Shown piece after piece: positions 59,936 to 64,000 of a stretch of DNA of 64,000 nt. Source of the DNA: an uncultured Eubacteriales bacterium. GTDB taxonomy: Bacteria; Bacillota; Clostridia; Oscillospirales; UBA644. The notes beneath the pieces are model-generated. The model searched no databases. It was not told where the DNA came from and saw only the letters and a program-made list of their open reading frames with translations. The stretch lies in assembly GCA_905207625.1 (NCBI GenBank), contig CAJLLT010000003.1, positions 43,924-107,923 on the forward strand, given 5' to 3'. Each line of letters begins with the position of its first letter. Position 1 is the first letter of the stretch. Made by a program: the position numbers and the translations under genes.

Positions 59936-60412
59936 TCAGTCCGGGGTTTTCCCCGGGGCCAGTTTTACGGCGTCAATACGCAACTGAATGGCGTATTTCA
60001 GGGTTTCGACCGGTATATTTATATTCCGCTGTTTTATATTTATGACCGTACCGTCTCCGGCTGTAACAAAAAGATTCCGGCACTTGCTGTCCGTTTCCAT
60101 ATCAGCAATATCCGAAACGGACAGAGGCTCGAATCCGTAGACGCGGAGCGAAGTTCCGTCAAGAATTACCGACGGGCTGCAAAAGAGATCCCGCACCGCA
60201 CTCAGGGCGAATGCGGAGGCAAGAAGCGCACAGATCCAGAGGAGAACGAAGCAGACGCTGTTAAGTATCCTTCCGGTAAGGTTTCCGGGGTTGATCCCCG
60301 CAACAAAAATCATCAGCCGGATAACTGCGGCTGCGACCGGAAAGCCGACAGCCAAGGTGATAACGGCTCTCGGTTTCGGACGTTTCAGTATAAGCGTCTG
60401 CTTTGTGTTCAT
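59936..60412 (-). CDS. Hypothetical membrane protein (two TM helices plus soluble C-terminal domain)
   Basis: 158 aa. Two hydrophobic helices. Follows the aminotransferase gene on the same strand after a 65-nt gap. No motif recognised. Confidence 0.55.
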   Translation of the reverse strand: MNTKQTLILKRPKPRAVITLAVGFPVAAAVIRLMIFVAGINPGNLTGRILNSVCFVLLWICALLASAFALSAVRDLFCSPSVILDGTSLRVYGFEPLSVSDIADMETDSKCRNLFVTAGDGTVINIKQRNINIPVETLKYAIQLRIDAVKLAPGKTPD

Positions 60413-60477
60413 TGTCTTTTCTTCCTTTATCCGGAACAGTATCCCGGTTTTTATTCACAGTCGCCGGAGTCGGATTT

Positions 60478-61659
60478 TCAAAGAGATTTTTTTATCGCTT
60501 CTCCGAGGATCCTGCATCCCTGCTGTATCTGCTCAAAGGCAGGCATGGAATAATTGAGTCTGATGCAGGAGGTCTTTTTCGTCTCGTCGGGCATAAACGC
60601 CGAACCGGGGACAACCGCCAGTTTTTCTTTGACCAGCTGCTTTGAAAACACGTCCGCGTCAATGCTTTCCGGCAAGCGGCACCAGACAAAAAGCCCTCCC
60701 TGGGGACTGGTATGGGAGCAACCCTTCGGAAGATTTTCATCCAGACCGTCCAGCATGGCTTTGCATTTGTCTCTGTAAAGAGCTCTTATTTTCGTTATAT
60801 GCTGATCCAGGTCATATTGCTCAATGAATTCGGACACGACCATCTGGAAGAATATATTTGTGTGCACGTCCGTGACCTGTTTGCCGATGGTCATTTTTGC
60901 GGCAATTTCCTTCGGAGCGCAGACAAAACCTATGCGCATTCCGGGGGAAAGTATTTTTGAAAAGGATCCGCAGTAAACAACGATACCGTCGGTGTCCATG
61001 CTCTTTATTGTCGGAATGTCTTCTCCGGCAAAGCGGAGTTCGCCGTAGGGGTTGTCCTCAAGGATCGTTACCCCGTATCTTTTCGCCAGTTCATATACTT
61101 TTTTGCGTTTTTCCGCGGACATCGTTATTCCCGCGGGGTTCTGGAAGGTTGGTATGAGATAGAGAAGTTTCGCGTTTTTCTCCGTTTCAAGAGTTTTCTC
61201 CAGTTTTTCAATATTTATTCCGTCTTCGTCCAGGGGAACACCGCAGAGTCTGGTCTTGTATGTTCTGAAGGCGTTGAGCGCCCCGATAAAACTTGGTTCT
61301 TCGCATATTACCACGTCTCCCTCGTTACACAGGACTTTGCAGGTAAGGTCTATGCCCTGCTGCCCTCCGGTAAGGACCATAACCGTGTCGTTGTCGGAGC
61401 CCACATTGAATTTTGTTTTCAGCCTGTCCGCTATCTGCTGACGCAGCCGGGGATAACCCTCGGTAACGCTGTACTGCAACGCAGAGGCGGAATTTGTACG
61501 GAAAAGCCTCTCGGAGATCTCAGCCATCTGCTCCGCCGGAAAAGTGGAAGGATCGGGATTGCCACCCGCAAATGATATGATTGACGGGTCCCCGAGTACT
61601 TTGAATATTTCTCTTATTGCCGACGGGTGTACCCCCGAGATTCTGTCTGCAAACTGCAT
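60478..61659 (-). CDS. PLP-dependent aminotransferase (class I/II, 2-aminoadipate/aromatic aminotransferase-like)
   Basis: 393 aa from ATG 61659. FAGGNPDPSTFP, the LIPTFQNPAG motif and SFSKILSPGMRIG (PLP lysine). The track start 61740 adds 27 poorly coding residues. Confidence 0.85.
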   Translation of the reverse strand: MQFADRISGVHPSAIREIFKVLGDPSIISFAGGNPDPSTFPAEQMAEISERLFRTNSASALQYSVTEGYPRLRQQIADRLKTKFNVGSDNDTVMVLTGGQQGIDLTCKVLCNEGDVVICEEPSFIGALNAFRTYKTRLCGVPLDEDGINIEKLEKTLETEKNAKLLYLIPTFQNPAGITMSAEKRKKVYELAKRYGVTILEDNPYGELRFAGEDIPTIKSMDTDGIVVYCGSFSKILSPGMRIGFVCAPKEIAAKMTIGKQVTDVHTNIFFQMVVSEFIEQYDLDQHITKIRALYRDKCKAMLDGLDENLPKGCSHTSPQGGLFVWCRLPESIDADVFSKQLVKEKLAVVPGSAFMPDETKKTSCIRLNYSMPAFEQIQQGCRILGEAIKKSL

Positions 61660-61775
61660 AAATAGCCCTCTCTGTCTGTATTTCTTTCTATACAAAATAT
61701 AATAGCACAAAAAATCCTTCTTGTCAATTTTTTCGGACAAAAATCGTCAAAAAACCTATATATTTCGAAAATATA

Positions 61776-61804
61776 TTGACTTTGACATCGGAAAATGCTA
61801 TACT
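61776..61804 (+). promoter_or_regulatory. Promoter of the dinB-DUF2461 unit
   Basis: TTGACT (61776-61781), 17 bp, TATACT (61799-61804). Confidence 0.55.
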
Positions 61805-61825
61805 TAAATATAGTGTGAAAGGCGA

Positions 61826-63055
61826 GTGAGCATCGTGGACAGGGTCATACTTCATTGCGACTGTAACGGATTTTTTGCCTCGGTGGAATGTGCTTCCAGA
61901 CCGGAACTGAAGTCCGTTCCGATGATAGTGGGCGGGGATCAGCAGGCCCGGCACGGCATAGTCCTCGCGAAGAATGAACTTGCCAAAAAGTACGGGATAC
62001 AGACGGCGGAGACCGTCTGGCAGGCGAAGAAGAAATGCCCTCATCTGGTTATAGTTCCGCCCCATCATGACAGGTATATTTACTATTCACGTATGATAAA
62101 CCGGGTATATGCGGAGTATACGGACCTTGTGGAACCTTTCGGGATCGATGAGAGCTGGCTCGATGTCACGGGAAGCCTTCGTCTTTTCGGGTCCGGCAAG
62201 CAGATAGCGGATGAACTCCGTCGAAGAATAAGGGAGACTTTCGGAATAACTATCTCCGTCGGCGTCTCTTTCAACAAGGTGTTTGCCAAGCTTGGCAGTG
62301 ATTATAAGAAGCCCGATGCCACCACCGTTATTGACCGTGAGAATTATAAAAGCATAGTCTGGCCGCTGCCCGTGTCGGATATGCTGTTTGCCGGGAGGAG
62401 TTCCGCCGGAGCTTTGCGGCAGATGGGTATCTTTACGATAGGGGATATTGCCGGCGCAGACTGTTCAAAGCTTGAAAAGCGTCTCGGAAAAGCGGGAAGG
62501 TCCCTTTATGAGTATGCCAACGGGCTTGACGAAAGTCCCGTGCGCCGTGTCGGAGAAAAAAGCGATCCGAAAAGCATAGGCCGGGGGATGACGTATCCCC
62601 GGGATCTCACCGGGCGCAGTCAGATAAAATCCGCTGTTTCAGCTCTTGCCGACGATGTGGCAATGAGGCTCAGAAAGAGCGGAAAAATGTGTAAAACGGT
62701 GCATCTGACCGTGCGGGCCTGCGATATGAAAACTTTTCAGAAACAGAAGTCCGTTGTTGCTACCGATTCCGTGTCGGTGATAGCCGACACCGCTATGGAA
62801 ATTGCCGGTCAGATAATACCTTCGGGTATGCCCGTAAGGGCCCTGACCGTAACTGTGAGCAATTTCACCGATCCGGATGAGGCTCTGGCTCAGACAAGTC
62901 TGTTTATGACCGAAGAGGAAGCCTCCGCCGTTGCCAGGCGGGACCGGGATTCCCGTCTCGGAAAGGCGATGGATGATATAAGGGAAAAATACGGCAGATC
63001 GGCTGTAAGCCGGGGCGCGCCGGATAAAGAAATTTTCGGGGAAGGAGACGATTGA
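61826..63055 (+). CDS. dinB: DNA polymerase IV (Y-family)
   Basis: 409 aa. ILHCDCNGFFASVE, SIDE-type catalytic motif GIDESWLDVTG, and little-finger domain. GTG start 4 nt after GAAAGG. Confidence 0.92.
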   Translation: MSIVDRVILHCDCNGFFASVECASRPELKSVPMIVGGDQQARHGIVLAKNELAKKYGIQTAETVWQAKKKCPHLVIVPPHHDRYIYYSRMINRVYAEYTDLVEPFGIDESWLDVTGSLRLFGSGKQIADELRRRIRETFGITISVGVSFNKVFAKLGSDYKKPDATTVIDRENYKSIVWPLPVSDMLFAGRSSAGALRQMGIFTIGDIAGADCSKLEKRLGKAGRSLYEYANGLDESPVRRVGEKSDPKSIGRGMTYPRDLTGRSQIKSAVSALADDVAMRLRKSGKMCKTVHLTVRACDMKTFQKQKSVVATDSVSVIADTAMEIAGQIIPSGMPVRALTVTVSNFTDPDEALAQTSLFMTEEEASAVARRDRDSRLGKAMDDIREKYGRSAVSRGAPDKEIFGEGDD

Positions 63056-63787
63056 ATGTTGTTTACCGGATTTTCCGCCGAAGCCTGCGCTTTTCTGCGT
63101 CAGGTAGAGGATAACAATAGCAAACAGTGGTATCAGGAAAACAAGGACAGGTATGTCAGGTATGTCAAGGAACCTTATGCGGAGCTTATTATGGCTCTTT
63201 CTCCGCTTTTGCGCGACATAGATAAACAGATCGTCCTTGAGCCTGCAAGATGCCTTTCCCGTATTTACCGTGATACAAGGTTTTCCAAATGCAAACTACT
63301 GTACCGCAGCAGTACCTGGGTAACGTTCAAAAGACAGAGCGATGATTCTCTGGCACAACCTTGTTTCTATGTGGAGTTTACCGACTGTTCCTGCGATGTG
63401 GGAATGGGATACTGGAGTGCGAAGGCCTCGTCGATGGCGGCTTACCGGAAGATGATAAGCGATGATCCGCAGGCTTTCATGAAGACCGTCGCCCCCATAC
63501 TCCGGGACAGGGATCTTTCCGTCCGTGGAATCGATTATCAGAGGATTCCTGCGGGTTGTCCCGATGTTGACGGGATCGATGTCTGGTACCGTAAAAAGAA
63601 CGTCCATGTTTCCACCGGGAATATGCCTCCGCAAAAGGCGTTTGACAGCTCCTTCGCGGATTTTGCCGCAGAAAAGATCCGGGCTGCGGCTCCGCTTTAC
63701 AAGAAACTTCTTGAGGTGGAGGCTCACCGGGTTGACGGTGAAACAGTGCAGACAAAGCGGATCATCCGGCAGGAATTTGAGTGGTGA
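63056..63787 (+). CDS. DUF2461 (TIGR02453-like) protein
   Basis: 243 aa. F..FL..VEDNNSKQWYQENKDRY and SRIYRDTRFSK match the family as I recall it. The ATG directly abuts the dinB stop (TGAATG). Confidence 0.75.
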   Translation: MLFTGFSAEACAFLRQVEDNNSKQWYQENKDRYVRYVKEPYAELIMALSPLLRDIDKQIVLEPARCLSRIYRDTRFSKCKLLYRSSTWVTFKRQSDDSLAQPCFYVEFTDCSCDVGMGYWSAKASSMAAYRKMISDDPQAFMKTVAPILRDRDLSVRGIDYQRIPAGCPDVDGIDVWYRKKNVHVSTGNMPPQKAFDSSFADFAAEKIRAAAPLYKKLLEVEAHRVDGETVQTKRIIRQEFEW

Positions 63788-63799
63788 AGGGGCAAGGAT

Positions 63800-64000
63800 A
63801 TGGTTATTGATTTTCATATGCATACTTTCCCGGACGCCATTGCCGGGAGGGTCATAAAAGCCCTTGCTGAGGCTTCTTCCCTCAAGCCGTATACAAACGG
63901 GACCGTATCCGATACGGAACGGAAGATGAAACAGTGGGGCATCGATCGGGGAGTCCTGCTGAATATCGCGACCACCCCTTCTCAGGAAAAAACAATAAAT
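63800..64000 (+). CDS. Amidohydrolase-family (TIM-barrel metal hydrolase) protein, 3' end beyond window
   Basis: ATG 63800 after GGCAAGGA. MVIDFHMHTFPD carries the H-x-H metal motif. The frame is open to the window end and is not in the track because no stop is reached. Confidence 0.65.
   Translation, partial: MVIDFHMHTFPDAIAGRVIKALAEASSLKPYTNGTVSDTERKMKQWGIDRGVLLNIATTPSQEKTIN

Overview
64-kb chromosomal window from a Gram-positive anaerobe. The Clostridia-like assignment rests on gene content (plsX-acp-rnc order, rubrerythrin, FeoAAB, lipobox signal peptides, AGGAGG-type ribosome-binding sites) and is an inference. I call about 48 protein genes and one tRNA-Asn. I saw no rRNA, CRISPR array, transposase or integrase. 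Housekeeping blocks (trmFO-plsX-acp-rnc-radical SAM, murC, asnA-asnS-aspartate aminotransferase-purB, dinB) alternate with accessory material. Main observations: (1) A 12-kb, eight-gene, single-promoter envelope operon (10.5-22.7 kb): a 965-aa secreted solute-binding protein with CBM-like modules, two separate ABC permease pairs, no ATPase, and a translationally coupled trio (NHL propeller, Yip1-like membrane protein, 964-aa DUF5696-like lipoprotein) of unknown function. This is my best candidate for an undescribed system. (2) Directly downstream, a 1,660-aa secreted protein of no family I recognise, with a perfect consensus promoter, a ~155-nt leader and extreme codon bias. (3) A 1,047-aa beta-helix surface protein carrying 5.5 tandem 75-aa Cys8/His4 modules. 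(4) A feoA-feoA-feoB locus with six copies of a 16-bp dyad GTTAGY-N4-GCTAAY, four of them phased at exactly 34 bp, followed by an MntR/DtxR-like regulator lacking the canonical metal ligands. (5) A mismatch-free 60-nt four-way-junction element between divergent efflux genes. (6) An AT-rich ~3-kb islet next to tRNA-Asn, bounded by paralogous terminator repeats with compensatory changes. (7) An ACP homologue whose phosphopantetheine-attachment serine codon reads AGG (Arg). All family assignments are from reading the translations and motifs, without database searches.
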